Counted from the stretch's first letter, positions 24,019-32,000 are shown. The stretch: 32,000 nt of DNA from Ignicoccus hospitalis KIN4/I (GCF_000017945.1 NC_009776.1:90001-122000); one strand, 5' to 3'. Notes: generated from the letters alone by a model not told the origin. A program made the numbers and translations.

Positions 24019-24705
24019 GTGAAGGTCCGCCTCGTCTTGGTGGAGCCCGAAGGTAAGATAAATTTCGGATTCATATTGAGATTATGCAAAAACTTCGAAG
24101 TGGATGAAATAGTAGCCGTGAGGCCAAAATTTGACGTACGCGACGAAGAGGTACTCACGTTTGCTGCGAACGGAAGGGATTACGTGGACAAGGTGAAGGT
24201 GGTAGACGACTACAAGGAAGCTCTGGAAGGCTTGGTAGTGTGTACGAGCGCCAAGGTCTCCAGCGCTGATCCCCTCAGGGACTTCGTCTTGCCGTGGGAA
24301 CTCAAGGAGAAGTTCGGCGAGCCCGAAAGGCTGACCTTGGTCTTCGGTAGGGAGAGCGTGGGGCTGACGAGAGAGGAGCTGAAGGAGTGCGACGCGCTCC
24401 TCCACGTCCCGGCGTCCCCCCAGTACCCGGTGATGAACTTGTCCCACGCGGTCGCGGTAGTCTTATGGGAGGTGTGGAAGCAATACAGAATAGAAAAAGG
24501 GGCGCAGCCGGAGAGGCCGGACGAGAGGGACCTGAGGCTGGCCTTGGGAGTGGCGGAACGCCTAGCGAGGGCCTTGATAAAGGACGAAGCCAAGAGGGAA
24601 AGGGTAACAGTCGCGATAAAGAGGCTTCTGGCCAAGGCCACTAGACAAGAGCTGAGGAACTTGCTATACTTGTTGAGCAAGTGCGCTAACCGACTGGGCG
24701 AATGA
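24019..24705 (+). CDS. SPOUT (TrmH/SpoU, TrmJ-like) RNA 2'-O-methyltransferase
   Basis: Contains LVLVEPEGKINFGFILRLCKNF, LVFGRESVGLTREEL and HVPASPQYPVMNLSHAVAVVLWE. GTG start. Confidence 0.82.
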   Translation: MKVRLVLVEPEGKINFGFILRLCKNFEVDEIVAVRPKFDVRDEEVLTFAANGRDYVDKVKVVDDYKEALEGLVVCTSAKVSSADPLRDFVLPWELKEKFGEPERLTLVFGRESVGLTREELKECDALLHVPASPQYPVMNLSHAVAVVLWEVWKQYRIEKGAQPERPDERDLRLALGVAERLARALIKDEAKRERVTVAIKRLLAKATRQELRNLLYLLSKCANRLGE

Positions 24706-25276
24706 AGGTTAAGAGGCCTTCCCTAACCATGGCTATCCCCAGCCCAGCCATCAGTATCGCCAGTATCCTGTTTAAGGCTAGGGTCCCGTTCTTGCCTAGC
24801 AGCTTATCCAAGTATCCTCCCAATAGCAATATTGGCAAGCTCACTAACATAACTCCCACTACCACTAGGGCCAGCTCGTAGGGCTCCAACACCGACCTAT
24901 AGTAAAGTACCAAGCTTATGGCCCCTGGGCCGGCCAACATGGGGATGGCCATCGGAACTATCGCGACGCTCTCCGGATCGATCATCTCGGCCTCGCTCTT
25001 GCCCAATAGTGCTTGAATGGCATATATGAGCAATATCAAGCCTGTGGCAACCTTTATGTCTTCCAGTGTCATTCCGAATGGCCTTACTATTAAGTCGCCG
25101 AACAAGGCGAAGACTAACAAAATTATCGTGGACACCGTAGCGCTCCTAACGATTATCCTTTTCCTCCGCTTGGGCTCGAAGCTGGAAGTGAGCTGATAGA
25201 ATATGGGCGCGTTGGTGAAGGGGTCTATTATTATTAACATCGAGATGAACGCGTTTATTACGGCGTTTAAGTCCAT
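24686..25276 (-). CDS. MarC-family (UPF0056) integral membrane protein
   Basis: Contains FISMLIIIDPFTNAPIF with six hydrophobic segments, 196 aa. Confidence 0.8.
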   Translation of the reverse strand: MDLNAVINAFISMLIIIDPFTNAPIFYQLTSSFEPKRRKRIIVRSATVSTIILLVFALFGDLIVRPFGMTLEDIKVATGLILLIYAIQALLGKSEAEMIDPESVAIVPMAIPMLAGPGAISLVLYYRSVLEPYELALVVVGVMLVSLPILLLGGYLDKLLGKNGTLALNRILAILMAGLGIAMVREGLLTFIRPVG

Positions 25277-25290
25277 GGCGCTCTAACCCC

Positions 25291-27726
25291 CTAGAAGTCT
25301 AGCAACTTCCTCCCCCGGAAGGCTAGGAACGCGTCGAGCGCGGTCTTGCTGACTCCCTTCCCTCCATCCTCGATGCCCCAGTAGTGCTTCAGCGCCTTTC
25401 GGGCGAACGACTTCAGTATCGCGGTCTGTTTCTTGAAGGGTATACCGGTCTCCTCCTCCACTTCCTCCCACTTCTTCGACTGTAGTACCTTCGTTATCAG
25501 CACTATTTTCATTTCTTCGTCCACCTCCGGCCTCCAAGCCTTAGGCTGCGACCAGTAGGCCAAGCTCAAGCGGTACAACAAGTCGCTCGCAGCTTCAAAC
25601 GTCATGGGTCCGTAGGCGTAGATCCACAGCCTGTCCAAGTCTACGGGGTGGAAGCGTGGGACCTTTAGGTCCGGTTGGACGGGCAAGGGGTCCGTTTCCA
25701 GTATGAGCTTGGCCACGTCCCACTCCAAGTCCCTATAGTTGAGGTGCAACGCCATCACCAGCCTCCTGCGGAACAGCCTATTAGCCTCCATTATCAAACT
25801 CCTCAGCTTCTCGTTGAGGGGCTTTGCCAACAGTATTGTAAACTCACCGCTGGAGGGGTTTCTGTCGGGGCTCATGTGAACGGGTATGAACCCGGACCTC
25901 AACCAGAACCTCAAGAGCTGGGCGGTGACCCCGAAGCCCGAGGCCACCCAGTCGTAGCCCCTCTCAGAGGCCTCTTCCGAGACCCTCTCCAGCCCGAAGG
26001 TGCCTATGCCCTTCCCTTGTACGTCCGGGTGGGTGGCTATCCTAACTACCCTCCAACCCTTCGTATATGCGAAGTCCCTAACCCTTAAGTGTTTCAAGAA
26101 CCTGTCGGGAATTATGTTCCCAGCTATCTTCCCTCCGGCTAGCAGCTCGTCTATCATGTCCTCGGGTATGGGCCCTTCCTCTGCTAAGTGAATTGCCCCT
26201 ACAACCTTGCCGGTGTCCGTAACCACCGCCCTCGGCGTGTGGTGCGGGGCGTCGGCGATCATAGCCAAGTCGTCGGGCTCGTTGCGGTAGTGGGCCAAGA
26301 CGTATATCCCGAAGAGCTGCCTTAGGACCCCCTCGCCCTCTTCGGAGAACAGCCACTCGGGGTCCAACTTTAAGTACTTCAGCCTCTTTTCCTTTATTGC
26401 CTTCAAGTCTTCCGAATCTAACTTGGCAGGCTCTGCGTCCAACAGCAAGGAGTCGTACAGCCACCTCTCCACGGGGTCTCCCGGCGCGTACCTTATCGGC
26501 TCCGTCATGTGGATCATTTTAAGTTCGGTCTTCTTGTCGTTCTTCAGCGCCGGCAAGAAGCGCACGTTGAAGCCCCTCCCGGCGCCCTCGTAACCGTGTA
26601 TCGTCGTAGCGAAGAGGCTCCTCTTGTGGTTCTTCCATATCTTGTGGAGGAGCGGGACGGGAATCCCGGCTGCTTCGTCTACCACGACCAAGTCTGCGCT
26701 CTTGACTGCGGCGTCGGCGGGGGGCCAGTACTCTATGCTCCACCCCTCTCCGTGGAGCTCGTAAACGTAGCCCTTCTTCTCGACCCTCTTAGCCTTTATG
26801 CCCAAGACGTTAGCCGCCTTCATAGCTAAGCTGAAGAGAGTCTGGACCCCTATGGGGTCCGCGCTCGTGACTATTACTTTTGCGAAACCTCCCTTAGACT
26901 TCTTAAAGGTCTCCACGAACCCGATGAGCCCTATGCCTACGGCCCCGCTCTTCCCCCTTCCCCTGTCCGCAGTGACCGTCAGAACCCTGTGACTCTTCTT
27001 CCTCCCCAACAGCCACTCTATCCCTTGAATGACGTTAACTTGGTCTTGAGTCAGCGCAAGCTCGTAGAGCTTCTTGGGGAAGCGCGTCTTTTCCGGTATT
27101 TCCGGTCTCTTGGGGACCCACTTGGGACTCTCGAACTTCTCCTGCTTAATTATTTCTTCCTTGTCGGCGTGGTATATGTGGGAAGGGTGGGCCAACAACT
27201 TCCTCTTGAACCAAGTTATGAACACGTGGCGTGGCTCTGGATACTGGGGTACGGTCAGCAACTTCTTGAACAGAGTTATTCGAGTGTCCCACTCTTCCCA
27301 CTTAGGGACTATCAGGATTACCGGGGCTCCCCCTTCCACCACTTCCACTAGCCTTCCTACATCGTTAGGCCTTAGGTCGTGAGTTAGGTCCAATACCAAG
27401 CCTTGGTACGTACTTCCCAAGAGCTTCTTGGATGCCTCGTATACGTTTATGCTTAGCTCTATGTTCTTTCTGTTTTCTTTTACTCCAGCCTTAACTATGT
27501 CCTTAATTTTCTTTGCGTCCTCGAACTCATCGTGAAACATGTAAAGCACCGTTCCTTTTTCCATGTCGCGCCTGTACCTTATCCTGTCGTAGAGCAACAA
27601 GACTTCCTTAACTGCCTCTCCGACCTTTGAAGGGTCGTCCCCGGAAATCACCACTAACCTCCTGTGCTTCCCTTCTACGGCGTTGTCGAGGTCGTCTTCG
27701 AGTTCCCTTAAGAACTGCTTCAACAT
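25291..27726 (-). CDS. tmcA: tRNA(Met) cytidine acetyltransferase (helicase-like ATPase plus GNAT; Nat10/TmcA family)
   Basis: P-loop TADRGRGKSGAVG, GNAT motif RIATHPDVQGKGIGT and a length of about 810 aa. The ATG at 27726 (MLKQFLRELE) is preferred, because the track start at 27792 would overlap the divergent tatD gene. Confidence 0.88.
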   Translation of the reverse strand: MLKQFLRELEDDLDNAVEGKHRRLVVISGDDPSKVGEAVKEVLLLYDRIRYRRDMEKGTVLYMFHDEFEDAKKIKDIVKAGVKENRKNIELSINVYEASKKLLGSTYQGLVLDLTHDLRPNDVGRLVEVVEGGAPVILIVPKWEEWDTRITLFKKLLTVPQYPEPRHVFITWFKRKLLAHPSHIYHADKEEIIKQEKFESPKWVPKRPEIPEKTRFPKKLYELALTQDQVNVIQGIEWLLGRKKSHRVLTVTADRGRGKSGAVGIGLIGFVETFKKSKGGFAKVIVTSADPIGVQTLFSLAMKAANVLGIKAKRVEKKGYVYELHGEGWSIEYWPPADAAVKSADLVVVDEAAGIPVPLLHKIWKNHKRSLFATTIHGYEGAGRGFNVRFLPALKNDKKTELKMIHMTEPIRYAPGDPVERWLYDSLLLDAEPAKLDSEDLKAIKEKRLKYLKLDPEWLFSEEGEGVLRQLFGIYVLAHYRNEPDDLAMIADAPHHTPRAVVTDTGKVVGAIHLAEEGPIPEDMIDELLAGGKIAGNIIPDRFLKHLRVRDFAYTKGWRVVRIATHPDVQGKGIGTFGLERVSEEASERGYDWVASGFGVTAQLLRFWLRSGFIPVHMSPDRNPSSGEFTILLAKPLNEKLRSLIMEANRLFRRRLVMALHLNYRDLEWDVAKLILETDPLPVQPDLKVPRFHPVDLDRLWIYAYGPMTFEAASDLLYRLSLAYWSQPKAWRPEVDEEMKIVLITKVLQSKKWEEVEEETGIPFKKQTAILKSFARKALKHYWGIEDGGKGVSKTALDAFLAFRGRKLLDF

Positions 27727-27774
27727 TAATTCGGCCCTTGGGACCCCGCGCGGTGGAAGGCTATTAGGAGGGTA

Positions 27775-28473
27775 GTGGACGCCCACGTCCACTTATACGA
27801 AGACCCCACGATGGCGGACGAGGAAACCATCCTAGTGGCGGTCTCAGACGACTTGGAGAGCTCTCTAAAGACCCTCTCGCTCAAGGGAGAGAACGTAGTC
27901 CCGTGCGTGGGCGTTCACCCGTGGAGCTCCCCCGAGGTGGGGGAGGAGGAACTGAAGGAGTTCGAGAAGCTCGTGGAAAGGGCTCTCTGTTTAGGCGAGA
28001 TAGGGCTGGACAAGCGTTACGTCCCGGACTTTGAGAAGCAGAGGAGGGTCTTCGAACACTTTCTAACGTTATCCAAGGAGTACTCCTTACCGGTGAACCT
28101 CCACGCTTTGGACGCTTGGGAAGAAGTCTTCAACATGTTGCTGAGATATGACGTGGATAGGGCCTACTTCCACTGGTTCAACGGTCCCCTCCACCTCTTA
28201 GACGAGATAGTCTCTCAAGGCTATTACGTGGGCATAAACGCGGCGGCCAAAATACAGAAGAAACACTTAAGGGTGATAGAGAGGGCTCCGCTGACCTCTA
28301 TCATGACCGAGAGCGACGGACCTTACGTCTACAGAGGGGTCAAGCTAACTCCCAAGGCCGTTCCGGAGCTGATAGGAATTATTGCAAAGGTCAAGAAAGT
28401 GAGCGAGGAAGCGGTCGCTGAAGCCGTCTTGCGGAACTTCAAGCGCTGGTCCGGCGCCCTCGCCCAAGGCTGA
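27775..28473 (+). CDS. tatD: TatD-family metal-dependent hydrolase
   Basis: Contains DAHVHL, GEIGLD, NLHA, HWFNG and TESDGPY. GTG start is preceded by TAGGAGGG 5 nt upstream. Confidence 0.85.
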   Translation: MDAHVHLYEDPTMADEETILVAVSDDLESSLKTLSLKGENVVPCVGVHPWSSPEVGEEELKEFEKLVERALCLGEIGLDKRYVPDFEKQRRVFEHFLTLSKEYSLPVNLHALDAWEEVFNMLLRYDVDRAYFHWFNGPLHLLDEIVSQGYYVGINAAAKIQKKHLRVIERAPLTSIMTESDGPYVYRGVKLTPKAVPELIGIIAKVKKVSEEAVAEAVLRNFKRWSGALAQG

Positions 28474-28585
28474 ACTCTTCACCGGTCAGCTCGGGGGAGC
28501 GCTCATCGGACAGAGGGTTCCCACAGATCAAACAGAAATTGAATTCATCTCTGTACTTGAGCCCGCAGAGCCTGCAGACCTTCAT
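28439..28585 (-). CDS. Candidate small zinc-ribbon protein (48 aa), below the ORF-track size cut-off
   Basis: My manual translation gives MKVCRLCGLKYRDEFNFCLICGNPLSDERSPELTGEEFSLGRGRRTSA, with a CxxC-x12-CxxC core and an FCxxCGxxL signature. ATG is preceded by GGGTGA 5 nt upstream. The ORF spans the otherwise empty gap between tatD and the HD gene. Confidence 0.5.
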   Translation of the reverse strand: MKVCRLCGLKYRDEFNFCLICGNPLSDERSPELTGEEFSLGRGRRTSA

Positions 28586-29135
28586 CCAGCTCACCCAGTA
28601 CCTTCACTAAGGCTTTTCCGAACTCCTCGTCCTCCTCAAGCACTTTCTTTATAATTCCGCTTAAGTGCTCCACCATGGTGTCCCTTATTTCTTTAACTCT
28701 GGAGAAGCCCATGTTCAAGTACTTTTCGGCTTGCCATAGAGTGGCGAGGGTTTCACTGACCTTTGCCAAAGCCCGCTCGCGACCACGTTCGTCTATGTAA
28801 GCCTTCGAGTACTCGACGACCTCTAACGAGTCCATCTCCCCTATGGCCTTGAGCTCCAAGCTCTCCTTTATGTCACCTATCTTGTCGGTAGTCCACTTCG
28901 GCAAGTCCCCTACTAGCACTTCTGGTAAGTCGTGCGCGATCGCTATGGAGGCCGCCCTCTCCGGGTTGACCTCCACCCCCACGTTCTTTAACCTCAACCC
29001 CAGCTCCAGCGCTATCAGAGCGGCATAGAAGGAGTGGAGGGCGACGGTCTCCCCCAGCTGAGGGGGCACCCCCCTCTGCATCCACCCCGTCCTAACTAAG
29101 GAGGCGGCCGCCTCTAAAACGTCCTTTAACTTCAT
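28545..29135 (-). CDS. HD-domain phosphohydrolase (YfbR-like 5'-nucleotidase type)
   Basis: Contains H...HD...D motifs: HSFYAAL and IAIAHDLPEVLVGDLPK. 196 aa. Confidence 0.8.
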   Translation of the reverse strand: MKLKDVLEAAASLVRTGWMQRGVPPQLGETVALHSFYAALIALELGLRLKNVGVEVNPERAASIAIAHDLPEVLVGDLPKWTTDKIGDIKESLELKAIGEMDSLEVVEYSKAYIDERGRERALAKVSETLATLWQAEKYLNMGFSRVKEIRDTMVEHLSGIIKKVLEEDEEFGKALVKVLGELDEGLQALRAQVQR

Positions 29136-29156
29136 GACGGTCCAATCCCCTAAGGT

Positions 29157-30410
29157 TTAGTAGTTTCTCATGCTCCTCTTGTAGACCCAATACACGTCCT
29201 CCTCAGTTACGGGCCTCGGGTTGGTCGCTAGGAGCCTCTTCTGGTTCAAGGTCTCCTTGGCCATTTCCATCAAGTCCTCTTCCTTGACCCCTACCGCCTC
29301 GAGGCCCGGCGTGAACTTTATGTCGCGCTGGAGCTCCCTGATCGCGTTGGCCGCCCACTCCGCGCACTTAGCGGGGTCCCTCTCCGGACACTTCTCGCCG
29401 GTCAACAGCTCCCCGACCCTCTTGGCCTTCTCGTAGTTCGCCGGAGCGTTGAACTCCAAGACCGCCGGGAGTAAGATGCCTACTGCCTCGCCGTGGGTCA
29501 CCTTGTAGCGGCCCCCGAGCGGGTAAGAGGCGGCGTGGGCCAGTCCGACGCCCGCGTTGCCGAAGGCGAGGCCCGCCAAGTAGCTGGCTATCAACATGCC
29601 CGATCTAGCCTCTAAGTCCGTTCTACCTTGGTACACTGCCCTCCTCAAGTACTTACCTATGAGTTCTATCGCCCTTTCGGCCAACGCGTCCGTCACGGTG
29701 AAGGAGCCCACGTAGACCGGCCTCTTGGCCGGGTCCTCTGGCCTCTCCCTAGCCCAGTACGGCTTGGCTATGTAAGACTCTACCGCGTGCGTGAGGGCGT
29801 CCATCCCGGTGTCGGCGGTGACCTTGGGGGGCACAGTCATGGTCAGCTCGGGGTCCAACAGGGCCAAGCTGGGCCTTAGGAAGTCCGAGCTTATGCCCAC
29901 CTTAACTCCGACGTCCTTTAGGGTCACCACGGCCACGCTAGTGACTTCGCTGCCGGTGCCGGCGGTGGTGGGCACCGCTACCATTGGCTTGACCGGGCCC
30001 GGGACGGGCTTGCCTTCACCGTAGGGCGGGGCGACGTAGTCCCTAACCCTCCCGCCGTAGGTTGCGAGCAAGTTCGCTATCTTGGCGGTGTCCAAGGCAG
30101 AGCCCCCGCCAATGGCGATTACCGAGTCGGCCCCGCTCTCTGCTAAAGCCTTGGCGGCCTCCTCGACGCTCTCGGCGGAGGGCTCTGGCTCCACCCCGTC
30201 CCAGTAGGGCACGTCCTTTCCTAGTATTTCCCTAAGCCTGTCGACTATACCCCTCTTTACCCACCCCTTGGTGGTTATTAGGAAGGGCTTCTCCACCCTG
30301 AGCCTCTCAAGGTCTACCTTGAGCTCGTTTAGCGCCCCCGGCCCGAACTTGCTGCGGGGGGAGCGGAACTCCCAGACGTAGTCGCCGAAGGGGTTGTACA
30401 CCGTCGTCAC
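29157..30410 (-). CDS. Iron-containing (group III) alcohol dehydrogenase
   Basis: Contains GGGSALDTAKI, DALTHAVESY and THGEAVGILLP. GTG start lies 30 nt from the TATA element. Confidence 0.88.
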   Translation of the reverse strand: MTTVYNPFGDYVWEFRSPRSKFGPGALNELKVDLERLRVEKPFLITTKGWVKRGIVDRLREILGKDVPYWDGVEPEPSAESVEEAAKALAESGADSVIAIGGGSALDTAKIANLLATYGGRVRDYVAPPYGEGKPVPGPVKPMVAVPTTAGTGSEVTSVAVVTLKDVGVKVGISSDFLRPSLALLDPELTMTVPPKVTADTGMDALTHAVESYIAKPYWARERPEDPAKRPVYVGSFTVTDALAERAIELIGKYLRRAVYQGRTDLEARSGMLIASYLAGLAFGNAGVGLAHAASYPLGGRYKVTHGEAVGILLPAVLEFNAPANYEKAKRVGELLTGEKCPERDPAKCAEWAANAIRELQRDIKFTPGLEAVGVKEEDLMEMAKETLNQKRLLATNPRPVTEEDVYWVYKRSMRNY

Positions 30411-30433
30411 CGCGCCCGGGAGCTCACGACAAG

Positions 30434-30447
30434 TATTTAGTTTTTAA
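30434..30447. promoter_or_regulatory. Shared A/T-rich TATA element between divergent genes
   Basis: TATTTAGTTTTTAA is centred 30 nt from the ADH GTG (30410). It is 22 nt from the TTG at 30462 and 40 nt from the ATG at 30480 of the plus-strand gene. Confidence 0.45.
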
Positions 30448-30479
30448 GGCAGAGAGCGCACTTGAGGCGCCGAAGGCTA

Positions 30480-31745
30480 ATGATGCGTATAGTTGTGAGG
30501 AGTAAGAAGGACGCGGACGCAGTAAGGGCGATGTTGAGCCAAGCCCTCCCCTCGTGGAACGCCGAGGTGGTCACGCTAAAGGGGGCTAGGAAGGAAAAGA
30601 TATTGGATGTTATAAATGACGTCGTCGATCCGGACGCGTTCAACATAGTGCTGTTGGGAAGGGAGGATTCGGAAGTGATAAGGGAATTAACAGAGACCAC
30701 GCCGCCTAACGTAATAGTACACCTCGTGCCCCGGGCCAGGGTTAGGAACGCGAGGCTCTCCCACCTTAGGTGGGAGCTGGAGAGGGCCAAGGCCCAGCCC
30801 AGGGGCTGGGTGCGGTGGTCGGGCGAAGTGCCTTACTTGGAGAAGAAGTTCCCCGCGAGGGTCGAGCCGGGCGAGGAACCGTTCCTCGCCTGGGGCCTCT
30901 GGTGGAAGACCTTGGGCCTCGGAGAACCATCCGAAAAATCGTTCTTAGTCTTTAAGAGGCAGAAGGGCTTCCACGAGGTCTATTCAGAAGGTAGAACTGT
31001 AGCCATGTTTGAAATGAATGATTTTGCGTACCCTAAGGTTACTAAGCTGGGAGAGGTTAAAGGCTTCGACATAATGAAGTCCGTCGAGATGAGCGAAGGC
31101 GTGTTGGAGGTTTGGGAAAAGGTCTCTTCCAAGGTATTAGAAGGCTGCGAGAGGGCGGTCGTCCCTTGGAGCGGCGGGAAGGACAGTACTGCAGCTCTGT
31201 TGATAGCGAAGAGGGCTTGCGACGAGGTCACTGCGGTCTACGTTGACACGGGCGTCGATATGTACTTAAATAGGAAGTACGTGGAACTCTGGTCCCAGAA
31301 GCTGAATGTAGACTTGATAATTAAAGAAGTTCCCGTGAAGAGTCAGATATTCCAAAGAGGGTTGCCCACCAAAGAGGACAGGTGGTGTACAGCCCTCAAG
31401 TTGAAGGGGTTAGAGGAGGCGATAAGGGAAGTGAAGCCCGACTACATAGTCGTGGGCGACCGGGACGCGGAGTCCCAAGCGCGCTCGGCCAGGTGGGAGG
31501 AGAGGGCTTGGGAGGGCGTGGGCACGGTTAAGGCCCCCTTAAAGCTCTGGAGCGCTATGATGGTCCAGCTTTACCTATTCAAGAATAAGGTCTTTCCCAA
31601 CCCGCTCTACGCCTCCGGCTTCTACCGGTTGGGCTGTTACGTATGCCCCTTCTTCCGGGCCTACGAGAGGGAGCTCGTGAGGAGGGTCCCTCCGGCCAAG
31701 CTGGGCACCGACGAGGAGTTGCTGAAGAAGTTCTTAGAAGGCTGA
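30480..31745 (+). CDS. PAPS-reductase-family PP-loop ATP pyrophosphatase with an uncharacterised N-terminal domain of about 230 aa
   Basis: The C-terminal half contains VVPWSGGKDSTAAL (PP-loop), RWCTALKLK, VVGDRDAESQARS and NPLYASGFYRLGCYVCP. ATG at 30480 is preferred over TTG at 30462. Confidence 0.75.
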   Translation: MMRIVVRSKKDADAVRAMLSQALPSWNAEVVTLKGARKEKILDVINDVVDPDAFNIVLLGREDSEVIRELTETTPPNVIVHLVPRARVRNARLSHLRWELERAKAQPRGWVRWSGEVPYLEKKFPARVEPGEEPFLAWGLWWKTLGLGEPSEKSFLVFKRQKGFHEVYSEGRTVAMFEMNDFAYPKVTKLGEVKGFDIMKSVEMSEGVLEVWEKVSSKVLEGCERAVVPWSGGKDSTAALLIAKRACDEVTAVYVDTGVDMYLNRKYVELWSQKLNVDLIIKEVPVKSQIFQRGLPTKEDRWCTALKLKGLEEAIREVKPDYIVVGDRDAESQARSARWEERAWEGVGTVKAPLKLWSAMMVQLYLFKNKVFPNPLYASGFYRLGCYVCPFFRAYERELVRRVPPAKLGTDEELLKKFLEG

Positions 31746-31775
31746 GGGCTCGAACGTCAGCTTAGGTAAGGCGTT

Positions 31776-32000
31776 ATGATGTGCCGGTCAAAAGAGAACT
31801 TCTTTTTAGAATTTGAAAGGTTAATGGTCGAGAGCGCTAAGGACGAGGTAACTGCGGATTCTACAGTGGTAATGGGGATACTCGCCGAGGCCTCGAGGAA
31901 CTTGCTCGCCACCCCTTGCACCCCTAGGACTTCCGGCTTTTGGAGCAAGCTGACGGAGTTCGTCAAGAAGGCCAGAGAAACCAACGACTATTACCTCAAG
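31776..32000 (+). CDS. Hypothetical protein, 3'-truncated by the window edge
   Basis: The frame stays open to the window end and reads MMCRSKENFFLEFERLMVESAKDEVTADSTVVMGILAEASRNLLATPCTPRTSGFWSKLTEFVKKARETNDYYLK. Its codon usage is typical of the window (AAG/GAG/AGG/ATA). The track's minus-strand ORF 31757-31984 looks like its Ser/Leu-rich shadow. Confidence 0.4.
   Translation, partial: MMCRSKENFFLEFERLMVESAKDEVTADSTVVMGILAEASRNLLATPCTPRTSGFWSKLTEFVKKARETNDYYLK

Noticed and set aside
28545-28585. Programmed +1 frameshift fusing the HD hydrolase to the zinc ribbon.
   Set aside because: The zinc-ribbon frame has its own ATG and an SD-like GGGTGA. There is no obvious slippery or rare-codon site, and the HD ORF has a normal length. 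An independent overlapping small gene is the simpler explanation, although a fusion cannot be fully excluded from sequence alone.
1-32000. Search for CRISPR arrays, IS elements or transposases, integrases, toxin-antitoxin pairs and classic defence genes.
   Set aside because: No spaced direct-repeat array, terminal inverted repeats, DDE or tyrosine recombinase motifs, or recognisable defence-system signatures were seen. The window reads as core chromosome.

Overview
This window looks like a very compact chromosome segment from a hyperthermophilic archaeon. It resembles Crenarchaeota/Desulfurococcales such as Ignicoccus. That placement is inferred from protein families, AGG/AGA/ATA/AAG codon bias, an estimated mid-50s % GC and oligo-T terminators; it is not a database hit. 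About 43 protein genes fill nearly the whole window, and I found no rRNA, tRNA, CRISPR array or mobile element. Recognisable genes include a 5'-truncated thermosome subunit, a DUF89-like protein, a GT4 glycosyltransferase, an HxlR regulator, an M24 peptidase, an ESCRT-III-like coiled-coil protein and an HdrD/GlpC-like Fe-S protein. They also include rps27e, thiC, DUF763, pstCAB, an M50 protease, a Trbp111/CsaA tRNA-binding protein, an HDAC-family deacetylase and an ABC-3 metal transporter (permease plus ATPase). The remainder are tRNA-splicing endonuclease, a DUF47/PhoU-like protein, an Lrp/AsnC regulator, a class-II amidotransferase, rhomboid, a SPOUT methyltransferase, MarC, TmcA, TatD, an HD hydrolase, an Fe-alcohol dehydrogenase and a PAPS-reductase-family PP-loop protein. 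The most unusual part is a chain of nine overlapping minus-strand genes (14637-19670). In it, a binding-protein-less metal ABC transporter is flanked by two cysteine-rich proteins. It is followed by a 15-Cys multi-CxxC protein that is dual-coded at both ends, a truncated ThiF/E1-like protein, a secreted Cys-rich propeller-like protein and a small orphan. Other leads are a hidden 48-aa zinc-ribbon ORF (28439-28585), a roughly 590-aa protein built from about seven tandem winged-helix modules, DUF763 coupled to pstB by TAATG where phoU would normally sit, and the only large non-coding region (19671-19949), which carries a strong TATA box, four hairpins and a repeated motif. All functional calls rest on motif recognition by eye, and start codons are often uncertain because many are GTG or TTG.
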